A stretch of 64,000 nt of DNA from Bacilli bacterium (GCA_017937305.1 JAGBDV010000010.1:5802-69801); one strand, 5' to 3'. Positions 35,921 through 45,561 are shown, counted from the stretch's first letter. The notes: generated by a model not told the origin, from the sequence alone. Program-made: numbers and translations.

Positions 35921-36886
35921 TTAATTAGTTACGATATCTATTATTATATCACCAGTATCAGTAGTAATTTTGCAATTACCACCACTTACTGAATTAGGAA
36001 CATCTTTCCTACCAGTATCCGTATCGACATTAAAAATCTTATTAGAAAGAAGCGTCCCTTTAACACTTCCAGTTGACGTTTCAATTTCAATGTCTAATGA
36101 GTCACATTTATTTAACTTAACATCACCAGTATCTCTTTTAATATTCATTTTATTAGATGTAATTACATTATTTAAAATAATTCTACCTGTACTTCCAGTT
36201 GAATAAAAATCCATGCAACTAATATTATTAAGTTCTACATCTCCAGTTGAAACTTTTATTTTTAGTTCATTTAAACAATTTAAATCTTCAATTTCAATAT
36301 CACCTGTAGATACCTTTAAATCCATATTTTTACAAGAAACATTGTTTATTTCAATATCACCAGTACTAATTTCTATTTTAACATCTTGAGCTAAATCTGC
36401 ATCAAACTCAATATCAGATGTACTACCATTAATAATTACATTATTAAAAGTTAACTTTTCTGCAACATTTACATCACCAGTTTTTGTGTTAATAGTTAAA
36501 TCATTTATTGTATTTATATTTAGATAAATTGTAATTTCAGTATCATAAAAATTAAATAGCTTTTCATACCAAGCTCTTTGATCATTTTCTTTAATTGTTA
36601 ATGTATTATCAACTACTTCAATAATATGTGGTATATTTGAAAGTTCTTTTGAAATAACACTTGTTGAATCACTTTCTTTATATATAATATTAATGTCACA
36701 AACTGATTCTTCAATAATAATATTATTAAAATCTTCATCTACTTTATAAGTATTACTTACAATACTTCCATTATTAAAAAATCCTGTTCCTTCTTTATTT
36801 GTGCTTAATGCAACAACAAAAATAATCATTCCAGCAAATACTAAAACAATAGAACCTATAATAATAAAATTAATTATTTTCTTCAT
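35921..36886 (-). CDS. DUF4097-like beta-helical repeat protein, N-terminally anchored
   Basis: N-terminal TM, then 10 or more repeats of the (S/T)TGD(I/V) motif spaced about 18-20 aa apart. Confidence 0.7.
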   Translation of the reverse strand: MKKIINFIIIGSIVLVFAGMIIFVVALSTNKEGTGFFNNGSIVSNTYKVDEDFNNIIIEESVCDINIIYKESDSTSVISKELSNIPHIIEVVDNTLTIKENDQRAWYEKLFNFYDTEITIYLNINTINDLTINTKTGDVNVAEKLTFNNVIINGSTSDIEFDADLAQDVKIEISTGDIEINNVSCKNMDLKVSTGDIEIEDLNCLNELKIKVSTGDVELNNISCMDFYSTGSTGRIILNNVITSNKMNIKRDTGDVKLNKCDSLDIEIETSTGSVKGTLLSNKIFNVDTDTGRKDVPNSVSGGNCKITTDTGDIIIDIVTN

Positions 36887-37484
36887 TTTTATCCTCCTTA
36901 ATTATAAATAAACTTTTAATCCATTTAAAAAAGAATTTAGGTACTTTTACAGTAATCACTGTTAAATACTTAGATAATAAAACAAATAAACAAGATATGC
37001 CTAATAGAATAAAAGATAGCCCTAAATAGCAAAATCCTATACTTTGATTACCACTAAACAAATTAATAATAAATAAAATAGTACTTCCAATAAAACTTAC
37101 ACCACATGATATAGCAACACTCCATAAGCTTATTACGATACTCCAAAGAGCTACATATAAAGTGATTAAAACAGAAACACTTACAGCTATTAAACTAAAC
37201 CAAATAGGAAAGCCTACAATTAACAGTACAATTTCTAACGCACTTAATCTTCTTCTTTTTTCTAATTTCTTTTTAGCAATATCCTTTAGTGGTATGTCTC
37301 CAGCAATACTCTCAACTATTTCATCAATACTTCCTAGTTTTTCACAAGCTTCAACCTCAGTCATACCTTCATCAATATAATCGTCAATCATTTCAGTATA
37401 AAAACTTAAGCGATCATCTACTATATTTTCTGGAAAATTAGATAATTTACTTTTAATCTTATTAATAAATTCACTCTTAGTCAT
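36870..37484 (-). CDS. DUF1700-like membrane protein (helical N-domain plus 3-4 TM)
   Basis: MTKSEFI..I...L...P......L.FY.E.I.D..DEG..E.EA...LG is typical of the family that partners PadR regulators. It overlaps both neighbouring genes. Confidence 0.7.
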   Translation of the reverse strand: MTKSEFINKIKSKLSNFPENIVDDRLSFYTEMIDDYIDEGMTEVEACEKLGSIDEIVESIAGDIPLKDIAKKKLEKRRRLSALEIVLLIVGFPIWFSLIAVSVSVLITLYVALWSIVISLWSVAISCGVSFIGSTILFIINLFSGNQSIGFCYLGLSFILLGISCLFVLLSKYLTVITVKVPKFFFKWIKSLFIIKEDKNEENN

Positions 37485-37797
37485 TACTTACATCCTCCTT
37501 TGTCACAAATTGATATATAAGCATTAATTCACGCCAATCTTCTACAAATTCATTTAATCTTTCTAATCCCTTAGAAGTTATATGATAATATTTTCTTAAT
37601 CGGCTATTAAATTCTTCAGTTCTAACAATCAACATTTCCTGATGTTCAAGGCGTTTTAAAATTGTATATAACGTAGACTCACTCATTTCAATATATGGTT
37701 TCATATCTTTAATGATCTTATAACCATAAGAATCTTCTTTTTTAATTGCTTTTAACACACATACTTCAAGTATTCCTCTTTTCAGTTGAATATCCAT
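37477..37797 (-). CDS. PadR-family transcriptional regulator
   Basis: Carries L.RG.LE.C.L..I......YGY.I.K.......SE.T.Y..L.RLE... Confidence 0.85.
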   Translation of the reverse strand: MDIQLKRGILEVCVLKAIKKEDSYGYKIIKDMKPYIEMSESTLYTILKRLEHQEMLIVRTEEFNSRLRKYYHITSKGLERLNEFVEDWRELMLIYQFVTKEDVSND

Positions 37798-37820
37798 ATA
37801 TACTCCTCCTTACACAATAC

Positions 37821-37849
37821 ATCATATCACGAAGTATATAAATTTACAA
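37821..37849 (-). promoter_or_regulatory. Sigma-A-type promoter for the PadR module
   Basis: TTGTAA -17 nt- TGaTATGAT. Confidence 0.5.
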
Positions 37850-37859
37850 ATAAAAAGAT

Positions 37860-37894
37860 AAAAAAAGTATTATAGAAAAACTCTATAATACTTT
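37860..37894 (-). terminator. Terminator of the liv operon
   Basis: 12-bp stem aaagtattatag/ctataatacttt followed by a T7 run on the minus strand. Confidence 0.65.
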
Positions 37895-37905
37895 AATTTT
37901 AATTG

Positions 37906-38814
37906 TTATGCACCAAGGTATGCTTTCTTAACATTTTCATCATTTAAAAGATCACTTGCTTTACCTTCTAGAACAACTTTACCAGTTTCAAGTACATATG
38001 CTCTATCAGCAATTGATAAAGCAGCTTTGGCATTTTGTTCAACAAGTAAAATAGTAATACCTGATTCATGAAGACTTTTAATGATGTCAAAGATTTCATT
38101 AACAAAGATTGGAGAAAGTCCCATTGATGGTTCATCTAAAAGTAAAATTTTAGGTTTACTCATCATCGCTCTTGCCATTGCAAGCATTTGTTGTTCTCCA
38201 CCCGATAAAGTACCTGCTTTTTGTTTTCTTCTTTCTTCAAGTCGCGGGAATCTTGCAAAAACTTCTTTTAAGTCTTGTTTAATTTTAATTGCATTATGTC
38301 TTCTATATGCACCCATTTCAAGATTTTCTTGAACTGTAAGATTAGCAAATACTTGACGTCCTTCTGGAACGTGAGCCACACCATACATAATAGCTTCGTG
38401 AGCAGGAACTCTTAAAAGATTAGCTGTTGCATATTTTTGATATTTAGCTTGAAGACGTTTTAACTTATCAAACGATATTCCTTTAACAGGATTACATTGA
38501 TCAATTTCAGCTTTTTGAAGAAATTCAAATGCAGCTTCACTTGATCCAAAAGCTTCTAGTAATTTATCAGTATCTTTTTGTCCACAAAATCTATTTAAAG
38601 TTCTTTTATCAGTAAGTCCAGTTAAATCTAAATTTGCAAAACTACCAGAATCAACCTTCACTAACCCTGTTAGTGCTTTTAATAAAGTAGTTTTACCAGC
38701 ACCATTAGTACCAATTAAAACAACAAGTTCACCTTGATTAACGTTTAAATTTACTTCTTTTAAGGCTTTAATATTACCATTATAAGTTACAGATAAATTT
38801 TTTACTTCTAACAT
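37906..38814 (-). CDS. livF: Branched-chain amino-acid ABC transporter ATP-binding protein LivF-type, with a ~65-aa insertion
   Basis: Carries GTNGAGKTT, VPEGR.VF..LTV.ENL, LSGGEQQML, LLLDEPS.GL.P, and ends YLG(A). It is 302 aa against the ~235 aa usual for LivF. Confidence 0.85.
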   Translation of the reverse strand: MLEVKNLSVTYNGNIKALKEVNLNVNQGELVVLIGTNGAGKTTLLKALTGLVKVDSGSFANLDLTGLTDKRTLNRFCGQKDTDKLLEAFGSSEAAFEFLQKAEIDQCNPVKGISFDKLKRLQAKYQKYATANLLRVPAHEAIMYGVAHVPEGRQVFANLTVQENLEMGAYRRHNAIKIKQDLKEVFARFPRLEERRKQKAGTLSGGEQQMLAMARAMMSKPKILLLDEPSMGLSPIFVNEIFDIIKSLHESGITILLVEQNAKAALSIADRAYVLETGKVVLEGKASDLLNDENVKKAYLGA

Positions 38815-38818
38815 AATA

Positions 38819-39583
38819 TTACTCTCCTAAATAAGCTGTAATAACTTCTTTGTTATTTCTTATTTCAACAGGTGTTCCTGTTGCAATTTCTTTACCAAAA
38901 CTAATAACTTTTATCCACTCACAAATTCCCATTACAAGTTTCATATCGTGTTCAATTAATAAAATAGCCGTGTTAAACTTTTCTCTAACAATTTTAATTG
39001 TTTCCATCAATTCTTCAGTTTCAGTAGGGTTCATACCTGCAGCAGGCTCATCTAAACATAAAATTGCAGGACGAGATGCAAGTGCTCTTGCAATTTCTAA
39101 CTTTCTTTGTTTACCATAAGGTAAATTTTGAGCTTCTTCATTAATATATTCTTCAAGTCCTAGTACTTTTAAGATTTCCATTGCTTCTTCTGTGGCTAAA
39201 TCTTCTTGTTCATAATATTTTTTAGTTTTAAATATTCCATCAAAAACGCTATAATTCATATGAATATTAGAAGATACTTTTACATTTTCTAAAACACTCA
39301 TTCTTTTAAATAATCTTATATTTTGGAAAGTTCTTGAAATACCAAGTTCAACTCTTTTATGAGGATTAAGTTTAGTTACATCTTTTCCACAAAGTTCAAC
39401 AGTTCCACTAGTTGGTACATATACACCAGTTAACATATTAAATACTGTTGTTTTACCAGCACCATTAGGTCCAATTAAACCTACTAATTCACCTTCTTTA
39501 ATTTCGATACTAAAATTATCAACTGCTTTTAAACCACCGAAGACGATAGATATATTATTAGCTTTTAAAACTGTATTTGCCAT
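38819..39583 (-). CDS. livG: Branched-chain amino-acid ABC transporter ATP-binding protein LivG-type
   Basis: Carries GPNGAGKTT, RTFQN.RLF, LPYG.QR.LEIARAL, CLDEPAAGMN. Confidence 0.9.
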   Translation of the reverse strand: MANTVLKANNISIVFGGLKAVDNFSIEIKEGELVGLIGPNGAGKTTVFNMLTGVYVPTSGTVELCGKDVTKLNPHKRVELGISRTFQNIRLFKRMSVLENVKVSSNIHMNYSVFDGIFKTKKYYEQEDLATEEAMEILKVLGLEEYINEEAQNLPYGKQRKLEIARALASRPAILCLDEPAAGMNPTETEELMETIKIVREKFNTAILLIEHDMKLVMGICEWIKVISFGKEIATGTPVEIRNNKEVITAYLGE

Positions 39584-39585
39584 AA

Positions 39586-40671
39586 TTATTTATCCCCCTC
39601 TAGTGTTTCTTTTTTATTATCTTTTTTCTTAAAAAGCTTATAGAACCAATTCCAAGTAAATTCATTCTTTCCTAAAATACCGCTTGATCTAAATAACATA
39701 ATAAGAACTAAAATAATACCATAAATAATTTTAGGGTTATTTGCAAAGAACTCAGGAACCCATGATTGAACACAGAACCAGTTTTCATAAAGAACTATTA
39801 AGATTGCAGCAATAATTGAACCAGTTAAAGATCCAAGCCCACCAAGTACAATAATAATTAAGAATAAGATTGACATATCTTGACCAAATGCAGTTGGAGC
39901 TTGAGGTTGTACAAATGCAAGAAGCGCACCACCAATCCCTGCAAGTAGTGAAGAGAATGTAAATGCAATAACTTTAGTTTTATTAACTGGAACACCACAT
40001 GCTTCAGCAGCAATATTATCATCACGACACGCAAGAATATTTCTTCCAAATCTTGACCCCATAAAAGTTAATATTAATATTAAAATAGCAACTAAGAACG
40101 CCAGATTTAAAAGTGGTGTTGAAGATATTGTAGTAGTAATACTAATACCTGTTCCTCCACCAAGAGAATCAAAGTTTTTACAAACATTTACAAATATTAA
40201 GCTAATTCCAAGTGTTACAATTGCAAGATAGTCACCCTTAAGTCTTCCAAGAGCGATTAAACCAACTACAAATCCAATTATAGCTGTAATTAAAGCAGCT
40301 ACGATAACAGTTAAAATGATAAATACATACCCCATTGGATGAAGTTCTCCACCTCTTACAACATAAACAAGGATTTCTTTAAAATATACTTTCCCCATTG
40401 ATTTAGTAAACAATTTACTAATTTGTTGCATCAAGATAACAGCAGTAGTGTAACCAATAAGGATAAATCCGCCATGACCAAGTACAAATTCGCCTAAACA
40501 TCCACATACAATGTTTAAAGCAAGTGCAGAAATCGAGTAAATAAATATTAAATTAAGAATTTTAGGTAATTCATAAGATTTAGTACTAAATATTGAAATA
40601 AGTGTAAGTACTAAAACACCTACAACAGTGCTAATTAAATTTCTTTTATTCATTCTTTTAAACCAAATCAT
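39586..40671 (-). CDS. livM: Branched-chain amino-acid ABC transporter permease LivM-type
   Basis: Polytopic, with G..S.GH..F..IG.Y and a CRDDNIAAEA.G-type loop. Confidence 0.85.
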   Translation of the reverse strand: MIWFKRMNKRNLISTVVGVLVLTLISIFSTKSYELPKILNLIFIYSISALALNIVCGCLGEFVLGHGGFILIGYTTAVILMQQISKLFTKSMGKVYFKEILVYVVRGGELHPMGYVFIILTVIVAALITAIIGFVVGLIALGRLKGDYLAIVTLGISLIFVNVCKNFDSLGGGTGISITTTISSTPLLNLAFLVAILILILTFMGSRFGRNILACRDDNIAAEACGVPVNKTKVIAFTFSSLLAGIGGALLAFVQPQAPTAFGQDMSILFLIIIVLGGLGSLTGSIIAAILIVLYENWFCVQSWVPEFFANNPKIIYGIILVLIMLFRSSGILGKNEFTWNWFYKLFKKKDNKKETLEGDK

Positions 40672-40674
40672 ATC

Positions 40675-41562
40675 TTACACCTTCTCTCTAACATCTTTGC
40701 CAAGAAGGCCTGATGGTTTAAATAATAAAATAATAACAAATATACCATAGATAATCGTATCTACCCAAGAAGATAAGCCAATATTACTATATACTTGTGT
40801 GATTGCTCTTATAATACCAATTAAGAATCCACCAATTACTGCACCAGGTAGGCTTCCAATACCACCAATTACTGCAGCTACGAATGGATATAAACCAATT
40901 GTTACAGAACCAATTTCAAAAGTAAAACATTCACCATCTAGTAAATAAATAACAACACCTATTGCAGCAAGAGCTGAACCAATCATAAATGTAAGTGCAA
41001 TAATAAAGTTATTATTAATACCCATAAGTTTTGCTGCTTGTTCATTTTCAGATACCGCACGCATTGCAATACCAATCTTAGTTTTCTTAACAAAGAAAGT
41101 AAGAAGTGCAAGTAACACAGCAGTTGTAATTATTGCAATATAGAATGATGTGTTTTTATCTACAAATTTATGAAATTGAAGTTGTTCTGGTTCTATTGCA
41201 TTCATAATACCACTAAAAATATAGCTTACACCAATTGCAGTAATAAGTGCAGTGATTCTTGATGATCCTTTTTTTCTTAAAGGACGATATGCAAATCTTT
41301 CAGTGATTATTGCAACAATGACACACACAATAATTGCAGCAACTAGTGCAATTAATAAACTCCAAATTGAATTTCCAAAAGTTGATTTTAATAAACTTTC
41401 AGTTATAAAATATGCTAAGAATCCACCAATAGTAATAAACTCTGAATGGGCAAAGTTAATCATCTTTACAATACCGTAAACCATAGAATAACCAAGTGCC
41501 ATTAAAGCGAATATACTACCAAGTTCTAAGCCTTGTTTAAGTCCCTCTAATAGTGTATTCAT
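40675..41562 (-). CDS. livH: Branched-chain amino-acid ABC transporter permease LivH-type
   Basis: Carries GL..G..FAL.ALGY.MVYG....NFAH and MRAVSENEQAAKLMGIN. Start re-set to ATG 41562 (RBS AAAGGAG). Confidence 0.85.
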   Translation of the reverse strand: MNTLLEGLKQGLELGSIFALMALGYSMVYGIVKMINFAHSEFITIGGFLAYFITESLLKSTFGNSIWSLLIALVAAIIVCVIVAIITERFAYRPLRKKGSSRITALITAIGVSYIFSGIMNAIEPEQLQFHKFVDKNTSFYIAIITTAVLLALLTFFVKKTKIGIAMRAVSENEQAAKLMGINNNFIIALTFMIGSALAAIGVVIYLLDGECFTFEIGSVTIGLYPFVAAVIGGIGSLPGAVIGGFLIGIIRAITQVYSNIGLSSWVDTIIYGIFVIILLFKPSGLLGKDVREKV

Positions 41563-41661
41563 AAGAGCTCCTTTCAAAAATTAAAAATAATTATTTATAT
41601 TATACTATATTTTAAAAAAATAATCAAGGGTAGCACTTTATGCTACCCTTTATATTCATTA

Positions 41662-42822
41662 TTATTCAGCTTCTACTTCTTTTCCATCTTTAAATGTAAT
41701 AACAACAGCAGCCTTTTCAGGATTACCATTATTAAATGTAAATGGAGTGCTTGAAGTTACTAAACCACTAAATGTTCCAGTAGTTAAAGCTTCAACAACT
41801 GCATCATATTCAAGTGAATCACAAGCTTCAATAGCTTGTTTTGCAATATAAACTGCATCATAACCTAGAGCTGCAAATGAAACAGGAATAGATCCATATT
41901 TAGCTTGATATTTTTCAACAAATGTCTTAACAGCAGGGCTTTCAGATTCACCAAAATAGTGATTTGTATAGAAACAATTTTCTAAGAATGAAGCGTCTTC
42001 ACCTTCTTTAACTTGTTTAATAACGCCATCCCATCCATCGCCACCATAGCAAACACCTTCATAACCTTTAGCATAACCAGTCTTTAAGATATTATAAACA
42101 TTTTCATAATAATCAGGTACATAAACACAGTCATAACCACCTTCAAGAATTGGTACCCAGAATGCATTGAAGTCTTTATCTTGTTTAGAATAAGCAGCAG
42201 TAACTACATTAACATTATTAGCAGTTGCAGTTTCAACAAACGCATCTTTTAAACCTTTAGAATAATCTTCATCATTATTATATAAAACATAAGCTTTTTT
42301 AACGCCTTGATCAGCAGCATATTGTCCCATAAATTTACCTTGGTATGAATCATAGAAGCAAGCACGGAATACATTGTATCTTACATCTCTTTCATCACCA
42401 TTATCACCAACTGTAAGTTTATCAGCAGTACCAGTAGGAGTAATTACAGGAACACCGTGTTTAACTGCTTCAGCAATTAAACCTTCAGTAGCACCACTAG
42501 TAACAGCACCAACAACTACATCAACATCTTTAGAAATTAAGCTTGTTAAAGCAGCAGCAGCTTTTTTAGCATCAGCTTCATCATTTACAAAGTCAACAAG
42601 TTCTAATTTCATCATTTTGCCATCAACATCAACACCACCAGCGGCATTGATTTCTTCAACTGCAAGTTCTACACCTTCTTTAACAGCTAAACCATAAATA
42701 CTAACACTACCACTTAAAGGTCCAGACGAACCTAATTTAATAGTTTCAGCTTCTTTTTCTTTACACCCAACAACTGAGCAAACTAATAATAAAACAACTA
42801 ATAAACTAAATAATTTTTTCAT
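41662..42822 (-). CDS. Branched-chain amino-acid-type (LivJ/K family, type I) solute-binding lipoprotein
   Basis: Lipobox VVGC, then IKLG...PLSG....YG and the rest of the typical type I PBP pattern. Confidence 0.85.
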   Translation of the reverse strand: MKKLFSLLVVLLLVCSVVGCKEKEAETIKLGSSGPLSGSVSIYGLAVKEGVELAVEEINAAGGVDVDGKMMKLELVDFVNDEADAKKAAAALTSLISKDVDVVVGAVTSGATEGLIAEAVKHGVPVITPTGTADKLTVGDNGDERDVRYNVFRACFYDSYQGKFMGQYAADQGVKKAYVLYNNDEDYSKGLKDAFVETATANNVNVVTAAYSKQDKDFNAFWVPILEGGYDCVYVPDYYENVYNILKTGYAKGYEGVCYGGDGWDGVIKQVKEGEDASFLENCFYTNHYFGESESPAVKTFVEKYQAKYGSIPVSFAALGYDAVYIAKQAIEACDSLEYDAVVEALTTGTFSGLVTSSTPFTFNNGNPEKAAVVITFKDGKEVEAE

Positions 42823-42885
42823 ATTTCTTCCTCCTAAAATTAAAATTAAAGTTTATTATATAAGAATGCTTTTTCACAGTTGAAT

Positions 42886-43146
42886 AAAAAAACTTCCATC
42901 TTCTTTCAAGAAGATGAAAGTGCTCATCCATACCACTTCTTGACGATGCCATCACATCACCAGTTTAATAACGGAAACTACCCGGTGTATCTTAATAATC
43001 TATTATGACGTTCAGACCACTACTCTCAGAATGATTTTCATATTACCTCTAATATTAGCTCACACCAACCGCTAATTCTCTGAAATCGAATTATAATACT
43101 ACTCGTTTCTGATTCTAACGCATTTACTTATATGTAAATAGTATAT
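42886..43146 (-). promoter_or_regulatory. T-box leader (tRNA-sensing transcription attenuator), probable AUC (Ile) specifier
   Basis: On the minus strand, stem I carries AGTA (S-turn), AGAGA and GGTGTGA distal motifs. The specifier loop reads GAAA-ATC-A, closed by the TCAGAA/TTCTGA helix (codon at 43033-43035). A CCGTTA F-box-like element and T-box-like GAAGTGGTATGG (42931-42936 core) follow. The terminator is ctttcatcttc/gaagatggaag plus T7 (42886-42920). Confidence 0.7.
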
Positions 43147-43152
43147 CACTCT

Positions 43153-43180
43153 ATTTTAACATTTGCATCAATTTTGACAA
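43153..43180 (-). promoter_or_regulatory. Sigma-A-type promoter driving the T-box leader and liv operon
   Basis: TTGTCA -16 nt- TGtTAAAAT. Confidence 0.55.
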
Positions 43181-43242
43181 TGTAAACGTTTTTATTTTAA
43201 AAATATATTATTTTTGATTTATTGTAATCGTTTTCATTCTTT

Positions 43243-43276
43243 AAAAAAAATAATGGTGCTAGTAATAGCACCATTA
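43243..43276 (-). terminator. Terminator after the 709-aa lipoprotein gene
   Basis: 10-bp stem taatggtgct/agcaccatta followed by a T8 run on the minus strand. Confidence 0.7.
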
Positions 43277-43314
43277 ATAAATTATATTAATCTTTAAATT
43301 AATTAACCTTTAAG

Positions 43315-45444
43315 TTAATTAACTTTAACAAGTCGTATTTTTAATACAACATGATTTTTCCAACAAAATAAAGAGACCGTGTATTTACCTGGTTCTAAAA
43401 CATAAATATGATCACTATAATTTTCAGTATATTCAATTGGATCAATATATTCACCTTCTTCATCTATAATGAAAAATGATGATATATTTTCCCCTGAAAC
43501 AAACTCATACTCTATTTTGTACTTACCATAAGATTCTATATCAAGACTAAATTCATGATTATCAAATGTAGAACCATCAAACACTAATATTTCAGAAAAT
43601 TCTTCACTAAGTACAATATCATAAGTTGGTTCACCAATATAAGTAATTTGGCCTTGATAAGATACTGATCCATCATAGTTTATATTTTCCATTTTGTATA
43701 CATAACTTTTACCTTTTTCTAAATAGCAATCTAAACCAATTTCAAATAAAGATTCTATTTTATCAGTTAGATTATCTTTATCATATACACTAATAAAAAC
43801 ATTTTCATGTTTATTAAGTGTATATATACCTGTTTTATCTGGAATAAATAAGAATGCCTCAACGTCAGTTAGTCCTTCTAAATGACAAGAAAAACTATTA
43901 TTTTCTATTAATGTTGGATTATTTAAATCACCATAATCATCAAATATTTCTACAGATACACAAATTGTACGGTCATGAACACCAGCAGATACTTTATTAA
44001 CTTCGATAAAATAAATACCTTCTGGAAAATATGTATCATAACTTTGCGTAGTAAAATAATCTCCAAATTCATCATATATTTGATATTTATTATCATCAAA
44101 CCTATAAACTCCACCTTTTGTAATTTTAATAGGAAGGTAATTTTCATAATCATAATGTGAAGGAGTATCATAACTATAATCATAATTATATACTTTAAAA
44201 TTAATTTCCTTTGTTGTGCTATCAACTAAAACTAAACCTGCTTTAGTTGCAACAGCATCTTCAAGGTCATGACATAATACAAATTCATAATCTTCTTCGC
44301 TATATAATTCTACAGTAGTATTATTAATATTATAAATTTTTTGAGAATATAAATGATTTAATTCATAATAATCAATATGAAAATGATAATCTTTAAACTT
44401 AAGTTCAGTTCTTACTTCTAATGAATCATTTGTAATAATATATGTATATTTAACAATAATATCATCATAATTAGATTTTATTCTTCTTGAATTAAACATT
44501 GCTAAGATATCTTGTTTTAGTGTACTACTTTTCATTTTATCAAATGTTGTATATCCATAATAAACAGTATCTGATTCTTTTACATATGTACAGGAATTAT
44601 CCATCACAAATTCAAAATTAAATGTTGATTGTTCAAATAAATCTTCCATATTTGTTCCAGAAATGTAAGTTCTAACCCTTCCATCATGAGTTTTTTCTTG
44701 ATTAATTGTATTATTATTGTAAGGAATATATCGTTCATCACCTCTTGAATAAATCATATTTTCCTTATCAACACTAGAAGAAAACTCAGCGGACTTTCCA
44801 GATTTATATGATAAATCATCATTATAAATGGAAGAATAACAATATGTATTACTTTTATCAAATTGATAATTTTTTGCGTTAGCACACACTGGTTTCCACG
44901 CATCAATTAATGCTTCAACTTCTTCATAAACACTGTTTGAGTTAGCATAATCTTCACTAGTTAATTTTTCAATTTCATTTAATGGTTTTTCACCTACAAG
45001 AACATATCCAGATATTTTAACAATATCCGCATTATTTTTGTAGTTGTTAACTTCCACATCATCTTCATCAAGTCGAATACTAAATGTTTCATTAACTACA
45101 TCATTATTTAATTCAAAGATTTTATTTTCATCAACAATATTACATATTGGTTCAGAACTATCTTTAGAATACACATATGACTCAATTTTTAATTCAATTT
45201 TTCCTCCAACTTCTTGATAAAAATCTTTAGGAACTATTGAGACACTCACTTCTGCTGTATCATCACTAGACCATGAAGTATTTCTGCTTCTAAGTTTTAT
45301 ACTAAAATAATCATCAAAGTTAAATTTAGTTAAATTTACAGCTCCTTCAGGGATTTCTAATGGTTCTTCTCCAAAAGTACCATTTTCACATGATGAAATA
45401 AATAAAACTATTAATAAACAAAAAATCCATAATATCTTTTTCAT
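43315..45444 (-). CDS. 709-aa lipoprotein of unknown function
   Basis: Lipobox LFISSC. It is Asn/Tyr/Asp-rich, and the C-terminal ~270 aa look like three beta-sandwich modules. It has its own promoter and terminator. Confidence 0.6.
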   Translation of the reverse strand: MKKILWIFCLLIVLFISSCENGTFGEEPLEIPEGAVNLTKFNFDDYFSIKLRSRNTSWSSDDTAEVSVSIVPKDFYQEVGGKIELKIESYVYSKDSSEPICNIVDENKIFELNNDVVNETFSIRLDEDDVEVNNYKNNADIVKISGYVLVGEKPLNEIEKLTSEDYANSNSVYEEVEALIDAWKPVCANAKNYQFDKSNTYCYSSIYNDDLSYKSGKSAEFSSSVDKENMIYSRGDERYIPYNNNTINQEKTHDGRVRTYISGTNMEDLFEQSTFNFEFVMDNSCTYVKESDTVYYGYTTFDKMKSSTLKQDILAMFNSRRIKSNYDDIIVKYTYIITNDSLEVRTELKFKDYHFHIDYYELNHLYSQKIYNINNTTVELYSEEDYEFVLCHDLEDAVATKAGLVLVDSTTKEINFKVYNYDYSYDTPSHYDYENYLPIKITKGGVYRFDDNKYQIYDEFGDYFTTQSYDTYFPEGIYFIEVNKVSAGVHDRTICVSVEIFDDYGDLNNPTLIENNSFSCHLEGLTDVEAFLFIPDKTGIYTLNKHENVFISVYDKDNLTDKIESLFEIGLDCYLEKGKSYVYKMENINYDGSVSYQGQITYIGEPTYDIVLSEEFSEILVFDGSTFDNHEFSLDIESYGKYKIEYEFVSGENISSFFIIDEEGEYIDPIEYTENYSDHIYVLEPGKYTVSLFCWKNHVVLKIRLVKVN

Positions 45445-45466
45445 AATTTTCTCCTCTTTTTATAAT

Positions 45467-45495
45467 ATTGTATAACAATTTTATTAATTTGTCAA
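45467..45495 (-). promoter_or_regulatory. Sigma-A-type promoter for the lipoprotein gene
   Basis: TTGACA -17 nt- TACAAT. Confidence 0.6.
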
Positions 45496-45529
45496 TCTTT
45501 AATAAGGATTAAAAGCTTTATTAAAAGCT

Positions 45530-45561
45530 AAAACATCGTTTGTTTTAATAAACGATGTTTT
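45530..45561 (-). terminator. Putative terminator of the aminotransferase/acyltransferase/Zn-ribbon operon
   Basis: 12-bp stem aaaacatcgttt/aaacgatgtttt. The trailing T-run is weak. Confidence 0.5.
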
